In this document: positions 38,101-51,770 of the stretch, piece after piece
Numbering within the stretch: position 1 is the first letter of the stretch
How the letters are laid out: every line of letters starts with the position of its first letter
Source of the DNA: Paragordius varius
Lineage: Eukaryota > Animalia > Nematomorpha
DNA length: 64,000 nucleotides
Direction: 5' to 3'
Assembly: GCA_964247055.1 (NCBI GenBank)
Contig: OZ176055.1
Span: forward strand, 1,488,001-1,552,000
Made by a program: the position numbers and the translations under genes
Notes under the pieces: generated by a model
What the model was told of the DNA's origin: nothing
What the model saw: the letters and a program-made list of their open reading frames with translations, nothing else
The model's database searches: none

Positions 38101-41100
38101 AATAAAACACTAGTTTAAACTTAATTAGCCAAATCATAATTTATATGTAAATTGTAATAACTCACCAATTCTATCGGATCATGTTTTGGTGCGAACTCTG
38201 ATATAGTTTCATTTATATCCTAATATATAACATATTATATTTAAGGTCAAATTTTGGGTAAGAGTAAACAACGCTTTTGACAAACTAATTCGTCCCCGTT
38301 TACAAATTAATTATATACACGGCTCAGTTTAATCTACTAATCCAATCCGATTTCACTAAAGCTTTATTTGATCCAATATATTTGATATTTTGAATTAAAT
38401 ATTTTTGAACTCAAGCTGCCTCTAAAAATTATAGTTTTGGGTATATAAATATTGCTTAATTTTTTTATAGACAAAAATACGAAAAGCAATCAACTCATAT
38501 CCTTGACTGTGCGGCAAAAATTAAATGTCACATATCATTTGATAGCTAAAAGCTTCGGGATGATAATGAATATCGAATCGACCAATGCGGATAAAATAAT
38601 AGTTATTATAATTATTCTGCTATTAGTCAAAATCGAAAAATCGCATTCGCACATTATGCAAAGTAAAATTGAAATACTTTGGAGGAAAGCGCGTCCACCA
38701 TATTTTATTTGTTAAGATGTGCAGATTATCGAAAAAACATTTTTTGAAGGATAGAAATTTTACAAGACGGAAACTGGACAAATTTGAACAATTTATGTGA
38801 TAAAAGATTTTAATTATTATTTTATAATCATGTTTTTACTTTTCAAAGTGCGTTTAGCTTTAATTATTGCAAGCTTTACTATTTAAAAATGAAAGATTGA
38901 TTTAGCCTACCTGTATCTCCACCCAAGCAAGATTATAAAATATGTTCCGATTACATTTTTAACACAGTATAAGCCATGTAGAAAATTAAACAAAATAAAT
39001 ACTCAAACAGAACTCCTGACAGAGTGTTTAAAATTAAATATAGCTTAATATTTTGGTCAGGTAATGAATAGGCTTTTTGCAGTCCATATTGTTATGATAT
39101 GGGTAATAATTAAAAATCTAATATTATTTTATGCCTAATTATCAAAAATAGCACTATTTTAAATGAATAAATATAGCCAATACAATTACGAAAATGCCGA
39201 TTCCTTATACTAATAAATATTGCCTAAACTTACAGATTGTGCGGTTTAAATCTGAGTTATTATATTTTTTTATACCAAAAAAGGATAAAAATGTATATTT
39301 TTCATCAAAAATTTGGCATATTTTGTTAATGTTAGATAAATACCTCATCTTCATGTGTGTTCAGTCGGGCATCGGTAACAAATTTTTGTATGTTTTTCTA
39401 AAACAAATAGAAGTAAAATATCATTATTTAAAAAAAGATAAAGTTATTTTTTACCATATATTCAGTTGGTAATTCAAGTTGAGTCGAATATGTTAGGTAA
39501 CGGTAGAAATCCGGATGAAAGTGTAACATATTGACACATCTAGTGGGCAAATGGGTAGAATTAAAATATTTTTGAGTATCATCAACTGCGACCCGAAAAT
39601 CTCTAAAAGTTGGAGCAGTAAAGGCTGCCAAATCATTCGCCATAAATAGGATTAAAAGATCCTTCAACATTCTAATTATATGATAATCATATATGTATTT
39701 GGATATTGCATCACATTGTAATATGTGTAAAATATTTGGATGTAGAATCCAACTCAGTCAGTGTTTCAGAAAAGAATTATCATAATGCGCGAGATGATTT
39801 TATTTTAACACTATTTTATTATTTAAAAGCAACATAATTGTGAACATTTTATGAAGTGGATAGTTATAACTATATTGGATGATCAATTATTAGCCTTACC
39901 TTGGATTTTGTTTTAACATAGAACCAATGAATGTGCTATATTTTTTCGTAAAATCAGTATTTTCATCTATGAATTCGAATTCATCTTGGCACACCATCCC
40001 AACCTTTTCCCAACGTTTTCTCATAGCAACCCTCATAATTTTCTGATAAAATAAATAATTATTTTTTGTACTTGATATATGTCGTCATCGCTCATATCTT
40101 TAATATCCTAAAAACATTACTATAAAAGAACTATACCTTTTCCCAATCAACGCTAAAATTGCACGTCATATTATTTACGGGAGTTGATTTGTTAACCTAA
40201 AATATTTTATCATAGAAATAAAATTTAATAAAACATACATAAAGTTAAAAATGGGTATCCCTTTATAAAAGAATCGATGGTAGATTTTTAAAATACGTGA
40301 TATATTGGACTAAATGACTTAATAAAAGAGGTTTACTCATTCTGTTTTAACTACACCTTAACCTTTTGTTTCTTGTTAACGGACATCCTTATTAAAGCAC
40401 TATCAAAAAACAACAAAATATATATATTTGCTAAATTCCAGAGGCTAAGAGCTTATAATTAACATTGAATTGATCTGCAAGTATCAAATTCAATTTTTCT
40501 GGTGTTGGCCAAAACACAGCATTTTTGCCGGACGATACGCTTTTTGCTACATGCTAAGCTTATATAATTTTAAGTTAATCATGTGTTAAATATTTCGATT
40601 CCGTCCGATAAATGAAAAATAACGCTGTGAAAAACTCGTAAAATGAGCCTGTACGGTAAAATGTATCTATATTATTATTACCTAAACAAATATTTCATTT
40701 GCGCTTCAAAGAATGTCTTTAAACACTACAAGTTGGCCCTTTAACATTCAGGTTGGTCCTTAAATTATTTTTTCATTTAATTAACATTTTTTAAAACAAC
40801 TTCTTTTGTTTTGAATATCGATTCCACGCATTAACCTAATAATGTTATTAATCACAAATTGCAATTTATACCCAGACTTGAATAATTTTTAATTCCGTGC
40901 GAAAATTTTACCGAAATTTAAATATTTTTAAAAAATAAATAAAATACGGTTTTTATATAAAAAAGCTAATATAGAAATTTTTAAATTTTGGTTAAATAAA
41001 TATATTAGATAAAACATATTATTCTAATATTATACATAGTTTAATTAATAAATGTTAAAAAACAAAATAAATAGGTTAATTCTGGAAGTTCTCAAGAAAA

Positions 41101-43713
41101 AGCTTAATTTGTTTTCAACTGGTAATGTTCAAGGACCAAATCAAAATGTTATAAAGGAATCTTGAAAGGACAAATGGAATATATGACTATCTAGAGTTGT
41201 ATCTGGGGTTCCAAACATATTTTTTATAAATACATTAAAGAATATGGCGGTACTCGAATTTCAAAGCTCGTTTCAAGGTATAATAATCGTTTTTATAATT
41301 TAGAACTTAAAATATTTTAAAGCAGTGTAGCCCTATCAAAGTGTTCGCATAAAATAATATCCTGATATAATATTCATTAAAAAATTCTATCAGGGTTATG
41401 TTAGTGCTTTTTTGGCCCTAACTAGTGGAAAACTATTTACACTTTTGTTGTAACTTCTACATATCAGAATATGTCATAATTTGCGCACATTTAAAATTTT
41501 TTCGTGAAAGCCAATGTTTTATTTTAAAAAAATATTACTAAAATATATCATAAAATAAGCAAATACTATTTTTACAAAATTTAATTTAACTTTAAAAGTC
41601 CCAAATTTAAAATGGGCTTATTATCTAAAAATGAAGGTGAAAAGGCGGAAATTTTGCGAGAAAGTTTTGTAATATATGCTAGATTAAGGCATAACAAAAC
41701 ATATATTTTAACAAATTGCTTATTTTCTTCAAAAATTTAATTTTTAGCAAAAAAAGCGTACTTCATATTATTTTAAAGCATGCCTTTATTTTAAAAGAAC
41801 TTGCACTTTTAAGGCTAAATTTGAGATTTTTAGAGCACACATCTAAAAATTAAAATATTATAAAAATATATGCTTTTTATGTGGAGTTTTTGATATAATT
41901 GGTGATATTTTTTGTAATGAAGGTTTTAGCTTTCACCAATTTGTTTAACAAAATTTCCACGATTTTTGCCATTTTCTGATGTGGAGTGCTTACCAAAAGA
42001 TGCAATACTTTCCTAAATCTCTCGTAAGGGCTTAAACCAAAAGCACCATGATTATTTAGAATATATACATGATACATCAGGATATTTTTACCATGCCCCC
42101 CAATGTACGCATTATTTGGTATTAATTCTAAATTTTATCAACTCTATTCCAATTGTGATACTGCAAAATCATCAACAATAATTAACATCTGAAGTTGTGG
42201 CTGGTTGTCATAAAGAAATTATGACATCTGACTCTAAACTTCCTCTTCATTGAAAATTTTATAAGCATAAAGCTCGAAACAAACCACTTAAAAAGATTTA
42301 TATGACAAAATTATTTTCTTCATTCAGCGCCTCTAATTTGTTGGTAACAAACAAATTTAGAAATCATAAAAAAATTCAAATCGAATATAAAAACCTCATC
42401 CATATTCATATCCATGTCCATGATCTCGAGAAATGTTTTGTAATTTTTTTCCAACTCGGACCAATTAGTATAATTTCCACCCATTGCAATATATAATTTT
42501 TGCAACATTTTAAATTCTTCTTCATACAATTCTGTTTCTTTGAGTTGCGTTATTCGTGTCATGGTAACGCCTTTAATAACAAGTGTTGGGTTTATTTTAG
42601 GTTTCACATCATTCAATTGTTGAACAGTGTAGTTAAAGACCATTGGAATCAACAAAGAATTATCCGACAAAATATTTAAAATAATTGCCGTAATTTTTTT
42701 AGACTTAGACTTAGAGTCGGGATGGTTGTAACTTCGTGTACTTATCGTACCGTACTTTTTAAGAAATTTCCTTATATACTTAAATGCCAAGGTATCGTTC
42801 TTACTTTTTGCGCTATCCTGGTAGGCCAAGCAAGACTCGTATAGTGTGTTGTAATTTTTCAGGAATGTATTGTTAAGTGTCGGATTCTTTTCTATTAGAT
42901 AAAAACATTTATTAACAGTCAGAAGTCATCCTCGTAAAATGACCCTCTTATGAGGATTTTAATATGTTCGCTCAGGCCGTTAATGGCCTTTTCTGATTTA
43001 AAATATAACAAAATTTTAAAGTTTCAAAAACTTGAGTGGATTTTCCCCCCAAAGAGGGTGGATTGGGGAGAAAAGAGAAGGTAATACTATAGTTTTTATT
43101 AAAAAAATATAAAAATCCATGAAAACTTTTCTACGCCTGCGTAGGGCTTAAAAAAATAGAATTTGGATTGAGATGGATGTCATAATCAAATTTTATGATT
43201 TAATATATAAGTACCTAATCTTTTGATGTATTCGTTATATCTTGAAGAAGATTGTCCAGGTACAATTTTCTGTAAAGCTTCGCATTTTTTCTCAAGGATA
43301 TGATTGCAACTCTCTTAATATATGCATGAAGATTACAGAAAAAATTGAAATCATACACACAAAACATAGAACAAAAGACCAATATTATTTTTGTAGAGAC
43401 AACCATACTTTTTTAAACTTTCTAAATTAATTAAATGTACTCAACATTTACATGGGCTATTTTTATAAATCAATATTGTGTTTATATAGTTAATGTATGA
43501 AAAGGGTTAATAAGGTATGGTTGTCTTATCAAGAAAAAATATATGTCTAATAGTTTTAACGTTTTGACTGTAAAATTTTAATTTTACTGTAATAATCGAT
43601 GTAATAATATTCATACCATTTGCTTGTGATAGATAATTAGCAGTACATAGACAGGTTTGAAAGATAGTGATAAAGAAGCTTAAAGCTAAAACTCCTTTGC
43701 AAAATGGGCCCAT
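35048..43713 (-). CDS. Highly divergent neprilysin/M13-peptidase-like gene, copy A; secreted or membrane-anchored, probably non-catalytic; central exons unresolved and it may be partly pseudogenised
   Basis: Phase-compatible exons 43617-43713 (hydrophobic leader MGPFCKGVLALSFFITIFQTCLCTANYLSQAN), 43215-43313 (ESCNHILEKKC..IVPGQSSSRY; cf. NEP PCTDFFKYAC..VIPETSSRY) and 42891 onward (TLYESC; cf. ALYRSC). Exons 40137-40196, 40072-40107 and 39900-40042 are joined by 29-nt introns. KIWWT near 38690, LTGLNV and FFFDRWC occur downstream. Terminal exon 35048-35185 is EYCDGPFEYPDDDKREAFSVLGSMPEVAQNFSCIANELSQNCDNE* (cf. HSP..R...L.N..EF..AF.C...C). Confidence 0.6.
37640..37941. mobile_element. Two Buster/Charlie-type hAT MITE right ends in an intron (duplicated at about 59617-59918)
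   Basis: TTTTGGGAATCACTG (ends 37668) and GTTGGACACCACTG (ends 37941) are reverse complements of CAGTG.. hAT TIRs; the second is followed by ATTTAAAG (nnnTAnnn). Confidence 0.55.
42320..42891 (-). CDS. Large exon 3 of M13-like copy A (3' border uncertain)
   Basis: ctaatag|AA AAG AAT; open 189 codons; includes track ORF 42320-42829. Confidence 0.7.
43215..43313 (-). CDS. Exon 2 of M13-like copy A (C-x7-C motif)
   Basis: taag|AG AGT TGC...AGA TTA G|GTACTT; symmetrical phase 1-1; a different frame from the track ORF 43215-43406. Confidence 0.65.
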   Translation of the reverse strand, partial: RVAIISLRKNAKLYRKLYLDNLLQDITNTSKD

Positions 43714-44862
43714 GTTTCTTTGTAGTGAAATATAAAAAAAATATAAAATGAAGAAATAATAAATTTAGTGAATTTAAATAGATTTTTTTGGAGTTGTTCT
43801 TTTTTTCAGAAATGTAAATCAGTGTTGTATTTATTTTTTCTCAAAACAGGTAATAGCAAACACTTTTTTAAGAATAAAACGCTTTTCTTATAAATATATG
43901 AACGCAATTATCTATTATCGTATCACAATACCAAGAAAGTAAAAAATTTGTTTGTTTTAACAATGGGCTGGCTCATTTAACTCAGCGAATGTATAATAAA
44001 ATAAATGTAAAATTTTAAGAAATTTTGTAATTACGAAAAATATATACAAGTTAGAGTTAAATTTAACTATCCTTGTGTGTATGATAGGTATATCTAATAA
44101 TATCAAGTCTAGACATAATAATACTTTTAACGAAAATATGTTTTTTATACAACTTTAAAAGATAAAGGATATAGGTGTTGATATTTTGGAAAACACTTTA
44201 TGAAACGGTTTATATAACGAAACAAATTAATATCTTTTAGCGTTGCGATACGGTTTTTTACATAAATAGTTTCTATCAATCAGCTATTTGACTGAATTTT
44301 TCCTATAATATAATATGATGAATAAAACATGCGCGGTATTTCTTAGCGATTCCTAGAGCTATGTGTGTGTATGCGTTTTAAAAACAATTTAAAAGACAAT
44401 GGTCAATGAAAATAGAGTTAAAAAATGGGCCCATAGGCGAAAAGATAACTTACAAAGATTGCTCCGGTTATAGGATTTTTAATAAAATTTATAAGTTTAA
44501 ATCGATTCCTTGTCAAAAGGCTTAAAAAGCAATCATTTTTTAAAATCTCTTACTTTATATATATATATATATATAATTAGATATATGATGGTATTAAATA
44601 ATTGAGTAAAATAAAATTTTATCATTGTGTTAGTTTTGCCCTGTGACACATGACTTAAGCTAAACAATTTGATAATAATTTCTGCCATAAATTTAAAAAA
44701 AACTGAATTAAAATATTAGTAGACTATAAACATATATTACTAATCGGAATGTAATTATCATCTTTCTCAGGTTTTTGTCCGATTTCTCTAGTTAGTACAT
44801 TTTACTTCATAATACTCGCCCTTATATAAGTTAGTTAGATTAAATGTATTAAATTGTCTTAA

Positions 44863-44934
44863 GGCGTTATGGTATACTAGGTAGGGCACAGGACTTTTAT
44901 ACTGCGTGCCAGAGTTCAAATCTCTAAACTAAGC
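44863..44934 (+). other. tRNA-Lys(TTT)-like pseudogene or SINE head
   Basis: A box TGGTATACTAGG, anticodon-loop-like CTTTTAT, T-arm AGAG-TTCAAAT-CTCT; the acceptor and anticodon stems do not pair. Confidence 0.5.
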
Positions 44935-45882
44935 AATTTTCCATCATCACTGTCAGCCCTGAGGATATGAGTGTTCTAAAGCCTTCACATGTCAGGATAC
45001 AATTTAAGTCCTTACCCTTTAAAAGGACAAAAAACTCTAAACTGTATATTTTTTTAATGTATTAAATCTTATTACCCCATATATTTGGGGAGGCTCGAAC
45101 GAGGGACTAGTTTATAAAGTTGACTGATATATATTACCTATTAATAAAAAATGTCCATTGTATCCCGACAGTTTTTCTGTTAATTGCTTTAAAACTTAGA
45201 ATTAATATTTTTATTGATAGATTAGTTAGGGACTATATTGGTGATGCCATATATACGTTTTAATTTATTTAAAAATGATAATATATCATGCTTATTCTCG
45301 ATCACGTTTTATTTATTTAACTAATGCAAATTATTTTTGCGATTAAATGCAATTTTTGTTTTTGACGGTAAGAAAACCTCTAAAAAACCAATTAAAATTT
45401 ATGTAATTTATGATTAAAAAGCGTTAATTATAAATAAGATTGGTGCATAAATTTTGCTATATTCCTCTCAGTCAAACGTAACTTAGGCCTCACAGTAAAT
45501 ATTACAGACAAATATTTTTTTTATAATCAAACCATACTTTTTAAACCTTGATTTCTCGTTTATAATTTATTTAAAGATGTAAAAATAGACATTGTAAATA
45601 ATTTTCAGCTCTATGTTATCTTTGCAATTTAAAACAATGAGTTCTACATTAAATCTATAATAAAATAGTTCAGTGGTTTTTTAAAAAAAAAATATTTGTC
45701 CTTATGTCTTTATGTTTTTGGCATTTGCATTTTATTTTTGACTGTAATATAAAAAGTGTTTATGATTATCACAAATATATAATTTATCATCCCTCTAATA
45801 TTGATTTATAGAAAGAAGAATATTGTAATTTAAATTGTTTATAGCTATTACTAAATAGAGAAGCTATCACATTGTAAAAAAA

Positions 45883-48800
45883 TATCTAAAATAAAGAATA
45901 TCAATTTGTTTTCTGTGATATAATTGCCACTAAGATACAGTGATAGGGTTAACAGTCATTTTTTTATATAAGGCCAAATAAGTAATTAATGAGAGAACAG
46001 ATATATTGGACTCAATCAACCACCTTTAAAATCTGCTTTATAAATTTTCTAAATTATTACCCATTATACTATTGAAACTATATTAAACATAAACACTCTT
46101 TTGAAATAAACAGCCATATATGTTAGATTCATGATGTTTGATATTCAAAGGAGTGATAAAAAAGTAACGATTAATTCGCTTTTTCTTATAAATGTTGTCT
46201 ATCTATGGGCTTAGCTATAATGGTATAAAGAAATTTTTTTATTAAGAAAATTCAAATTACATATAAATATATTTAGCTAAGGTATACTTGATAGATATAT
46301 CTACAAACAAATTAAATTAAGATAAATTACATATGTTATAAATTAATCGGAAACTACGTCAGCGTTTTAATTGCAATAAGATGTTAATATAATAATATAT
46401 TTTACAGGTAGTATCAATCTATTACCCAGACACGAAAATAATTAACAATATATATATATATATATATATATATTTATTTATTTAGCAATGAGCTAGCTAA
46501 CTTTTTTAAAACTAACGAAATAGATAATTGAATTGATTACTCAAATAAATATAATATATTATAATAAGTTTGATTATTTATGAAGGAGAAAATTATTGGA
46601 TGAGGGTTGTTTTAAATGTTTCTTTTATAGATTTTGCATAATGATACTATAACATTGACGTCAAAAGGAGTTTGTTTAATCGTAAAATTTTAAGAATAAA
46701 TTTCGTTTTAGAATAATAATTGAATTAGTTTTATTTTAATTGATAGCAAATCAGTGCTAAAAAATATTAGTAATTAAATATTTCGATATTCAATCGGAAT
46801 GTATAAAAAATTAAAGTTTCTTTTATGGTTTTTGGGTATGAATCAAGGATATATCAACTTTTATTGCGATTACAAAAATTTACGCAGATAAATCAAATTA
46901 GAATTTTGAAGAGATTATAAACAAGGATTTATTAATTTTTTGATGAAGTTAAAAAGTAAAAAGATTAAAATTTTTGAATTCCTTAAAAACGAGAGTGTGC
47001 AATCAATTTTTAGTATAAATAAATTAAAAGTCTTTAAATTAATTATTAAAAAATGGGATGTCGCAAAATATTAAATTATTTTTTTTTTCGTATAAATTAG
47101 AAGTAATTTAAGCTCTAGTCCCACATTTAGATCCACTAAATAAAGGTAGTGCTTATTGAAAAAAATTAGCCAAGTGCGCGATATACATTTTAATATGCTC
47201 AATATATAGAAATTAGATATATTGGAAAAGACTATTTCTTTAAAAGTCAATGATAATGGTAATTTATGTAATTCGAATGATGTAAACGTATCTGAAATAT
47301 TAAAATTAGTCAAAACCGAAGAACATTTTTTCCCTCGGTATTCAGTTCAAAAGAATTGGCCTTGTATAAATGAAAATAAACTTAATCAAAATATTGAGAT
47401 AATAATTGGCGGCATCGAATACTTAAAAGAATTAAAATCGTTTTACACCGTTTCCAACAAGTTATATGCAAAAAAATACGCCTCAACAAAATTTGACTAA
47501 TATGTAAATTTATTTATTTTAAAAATTGGAAAGATTTATCAACACTCGAAAATATAAAATGTAAAATAGCAGACATCCAAAATCATTCATTACCTTTTTT
47601 TGGGATTGTTTAACCTGAACCGCGGTTTTAAATGGCAAAAAATATGATATTTTATTTTTATATTTTCCGTGTATATTTTCTTTCTAGGATGTGGCAAAGC
47701 TCATTAAGGTATCTAAAATAAAGAAAATCAATTTGTTTTCTGTGATATAATTGCCACTAAGATATAGTGCTAAAATAGGGTTAACAGTCATTTTTTTATA
47801 TAGGGCCAAATAAATAATTAATGAGAGAACAGATATATTGGACTCAATCAACCACCTTTGAAATCTGCTTTATAAATTTGCTAAATTATTTTCCATTATA
47901 CCATTGAAACTATATTAAACACAAACACTCTTTTGAAATAAACAGCCATATTTGTTGGATTAATGATCAAGTAAAAATCTGATTTTAGAAAAGAGTACAT
48001 GATTGATATTGAAAGGAGTGATAAAAAAGTAACGATTAACTCGCTTTTTCATATAAGTGTTGTCTATCTATGGGCTTAGCTATAAATGGTATAAAGAAAT
48101 ATTTCATAAAGAAAATTCAAATTACATGTAAATATATTTAGCTAAGGTATATTTGATAGATATATCTACAAACAAATTAAATTAAGATAAAATACATAAG
48201 TTTATAAATCGGAAACAACGTCAGCGTTTTAATTATTTCAATAAGATGTTAATATAATAATATATTTTACAGGTAGTATCAATCTATTACCCAGACACGA
48301 AAATAAATAACAATTTTAGCAATGAGCTAGCTAACTTTTTAAACGAACGTGATAAATAATTAAATTTTTAATTACTTAAATAAATATAATACATAATAAG
48401 TTTGATTATTTCTGAAGAAGAAAATTATTGGATAAGGGTTGTTTTAAATATTTCTTTACCTATAGATTTTGCATAACGATCCTCTACTATAACATTGACG
48501 TCAAAAGCAGTTGGTTTAATCGAAAAAAATAGGAATAAATTTGAATAAAACATCATTTGAGATAAATTGATTTAGTTTTATTTTAATTGACGCAAAACAG
48601 TGCTAAAAATCAAAAGTAATTAAATATTTCGATATTCAATTGGAATATTTTAAAAATAAAGTTTCTTTTATGGGTATTGGGTATGAATCAAGAGTATTTT
48701 ATCAACTTATATTGTGATTACAAAAATTTACGCTGTTAAATCAAATTAGAATTTTGAAGAGATTTTAAACAAGGATTCATTAATTTTTTGATGAGGTTAA

Positions 48801-49622
48801 AAAGTAAAAAGATTAAAAACGCAAAAATCGAGAGTGTGCAATTAATTTATAATATAAATAAATTTATAAGTCATTAAATTAATTATTGAAAAATGGGAAG
48901 TCACAAAATATTAAATTATTTTTTTTTCGTATAAATTATAAGTAATATAAGCTCTACACATTTGGATCTACTAAATAGGGGGTAGAGTGCTTTTTAAGAC
49001 AAAAAATTAGCCAAGTGCGCGATATATAATTTTATGTGCTTTATGTAGCAATTATTTATTTTGGAAAAGACATACTTTATTTAAAAGTCAATGATAAAAC
49101 ATTTTAATGGTAATTTATGAAATTCGAATGATGGAAACGTTAAATCTGAAATATTAAAAAAACATTTAGTCAAAACCGAAGAACATTTTTCACCTCGGTA
49201 TTCAGTTTAAAAGGATTGGCCTTGTATAGATGAAAATAAACTTAATTAAAATATTGAGATAATAATTGGCGGCATCGAATAGCTATATAAATTAAAATCG
49301 TTTTACACCGTTTTCAACAAGTTATATGCTAAAAAAATACGCCTCAACAAAATTTGACTAATATATAAATTTATTTATAAAAATAAATTAAAAAATGTAA
49401 CAATATAATGTGTTTCAATTGAAGAAGGCAACTATCAAAAAGATTACAAACGTGGAATATTTTTGAAAATTGGAAAGATTAACACATAAAATGGTAAAAT
49501 AGTAGACATCCAAAATCATTCATTACCTATTTTTGGGATTGTTTAACCTGAACCGCGGTTTTAAACGGCAAAAATATGATATTTTATTTTTATATTTTCC
49601 GTGTTTATTTTCTAGAGAGTGG
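45883..49622 (+). repeat. Tandem duplication, two units of about 1.83-1.9 kb (45883-47693, 47710-49622), moderately diverged
   Basis: Both units start TATCTAAAATAAAGAA.ATCAATTTG and end TTTATATTTTCCGTG..TATTTTCT; colinear throughout. Confidence 0.95.
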
Positions 49623-49899
49623 CGGCAAAAACTTTAAATAATTCGCCACTAAATACCAATGTTTAAAATATTTGACCGAAACTCCTAAATTTTTGTAATC
49701 GGAATTACCACCATTGGTCATGTATGAAAAAGAAACCACTAGGAATGACTTGCGACTGGAGGGTGAAACTCCCAACAAATGTTGGACTACAATAGATTTT
49801 GCTTTGCCCTCAAAAATACTATTTTATTTTTACGGTGATTTAATAATAATTTAAAGAAATAACTTGAAATGATTAGAATTATATTTGAAGTGTGTAGGC

Positions 49900-51770
49900 C
49901 AGTGGTATTCAAACCGCGGCCCTAAGAGTGCTTTAAAATTCCCCTATGACTATATTGATAAAATTATTTTTTTATTGATAAATTTTTAAGATACATATAA
50001 ACTAATTTTCGCTTATTTTAATATTATTTTTTTCTTTAAATTTAATTTTGGTAATTTTTATTTTTACCAATTTGAAACGTAAAAAATTTCCCTATATTAA
50101 AATTTAAAAGTTTTGGCTTACGTTGTTTCTGTTTCTGTTTCTGTATTCTATTTCTCTTTATTTTGAAACTTTTATTGCATTCTTTTTTGTATTTAAGCAA
50201 GTCTTTCAGCCAAACTTGAATATACAAATTTTTTGCTTCATCTTTTTAAAAACTCATTCCTATAAATTTTTTTTCAAATCAACATCATAAATTTTCGACC
50301 TTTTTTCATAGCATAATTCAAATTATATTCCTATTTTTTGTAAAAATTTACATAATGTTTAAACATAAATTCAAATAATGACATCTAATGCTAAAAAACG
50401 TAAATTATCCGATGATATTCACTCCTTTAAAAAGGAATGGAAAGAAATTTTTTTTATCGTTTTAAATAAAAATGTTGTTATCAGCCTTATATGTATGGAC
50501 AACATAATTATAAAAAATACAATATTGAACCACATTTTACAATCTTCATTCTCATAAATTACCAGAAAATCATGAGGAAAGAAACGAATAATATAAAAAG
50601 ATAAGGTATTATACCAGAAAGAATTCCCAGGAAAAAGCTTTAACATTAGCTTCGTATGAAATTCGCTATAATTTAGGAAAAAATATGAAACCGTTTACTG
50701 ATTCCCAACTAATTAATGAATGTCTAATTAATGGTTGTACTTTTTTACTTGATATATAATTCCATAATAAAGATCAAATCATGAGGCAAATTAAAAAACT
50801 TCAACTTTCTGCAACATGTGCTCGACGCATTGAAGATATGTCTGAATATATTTTTAACAATACATTATTGGCTCTGAAAAACTGCAAATATTTTAGTATT
50901 GCTATTGATTCTGCCACCAATATTAGTTCACTACCTCAATGTGCCCTCTTCGTGAGATTTTGAACGACAACATAATTAACAAGAATAATTAAAATTTTTA
51001 ATGAATAATACCACGAAAGGAAGTGATTTTCTCGAAATAATCATTACTTTTTCGATAATAATGGTATATCTACGAATGGTTTCGATCTGCACAGATGGCT
51101 GTCCCTTATGATTGGAATAAACGAACGATATATTCCTCTTTTGAAAAACAAATAAAATTTGCAAAATATTTAATCTTTCACTGCTTTTTTCATCAGCAAA
51201 ACTTGGCGTGTTAAAGTTGAATCCCTCAATTCACTAATTAAAACGGTTGTGGATATAGTTAACCATATCGGTGGCAGAAAATTCATAGATTTAAAAACCT
51301 TTTAAAAGATATCCACAGTGATTTTGATGTTATTCTTTTGTACATCGCTGCCAGATGGCTAAGCTTTAGCAAAATATTAAATAGATTTTTTGTTTTAAGA
51401 TTCTATTATTTATAAAAAATGACCGAAAGTTTGACGAAGAAATTAATAGTAACGAATGGTGGGTTTTATTAGCCTATCTTTGCGACATTATCTATAAACT
51501 TAGTATTAATACAAGTCTTCAAGGGAACAAAGTATTAACCCAATTTGATATTCAAATATTTGCTTTTTGAGAAAAAATAATATACAAACAAGATTTTATA
51601 AATAAAACACTCCTATATTTTCCAACACTTAAAACGATTCATGAAGAAAATATGGAATTTGCGGAGATTAATTTAATAATAGATCGTTTGACATTTTTAT
51701 CTAATGAGATGAAATTCAGTTTTCAAGAATATTTAAAATTGCTTAAAATTGGATAAAAATATATTTTAAT
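49900..51770 (+). mobile_element. hAT (Buster/Charlie, GTF2IRD2/EPM2AIP1-like) transposon relic; transposase pseudogene from ATG 50378
   Basis: Left TIR CAGTGGTATTCAAACC preceded by GTGTAGGC (nnnTAnnn); KKRK..FKKEW, KPFTD, RRIEDMS, YFSIAID, CTDG, HCFFH, RWLS and LQG appear in order with stops and frameshifts; right TIR not found. Confidence 0.88.

Noticed and set aside
37019-39472. Plus-strand ORFs identical in both duplicates (37019/58990, 38452/60429, 39194/61168)
   Set aside because: Identity reflects the near-identical duplication; low-complexity AT-codon sequence overlapping the M13-like gene antisense.
42130-42200. LIIVDD Walker-B-like motif suggesting a Polinton/viral ATPase
   Set aside because: No Walker A or other Polinton genes; the position fits the M13-like gene better.
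43215-43421. Alternative splice giving an 86-aa neuropeptide- or insulin-like precursor
   Set aside because: Cysteine spacing does not fit insulin, and another frame of the same exon gives the M13 C-x7-C..SSRY motif and splices in phase to the next exon.
46657-46664. Perfect CRE palindrome TGACGTCA (also in the second tandem unit near 48496)
   Set aside because: A single 8-mer copied by the duplication, far from any supported promoter.
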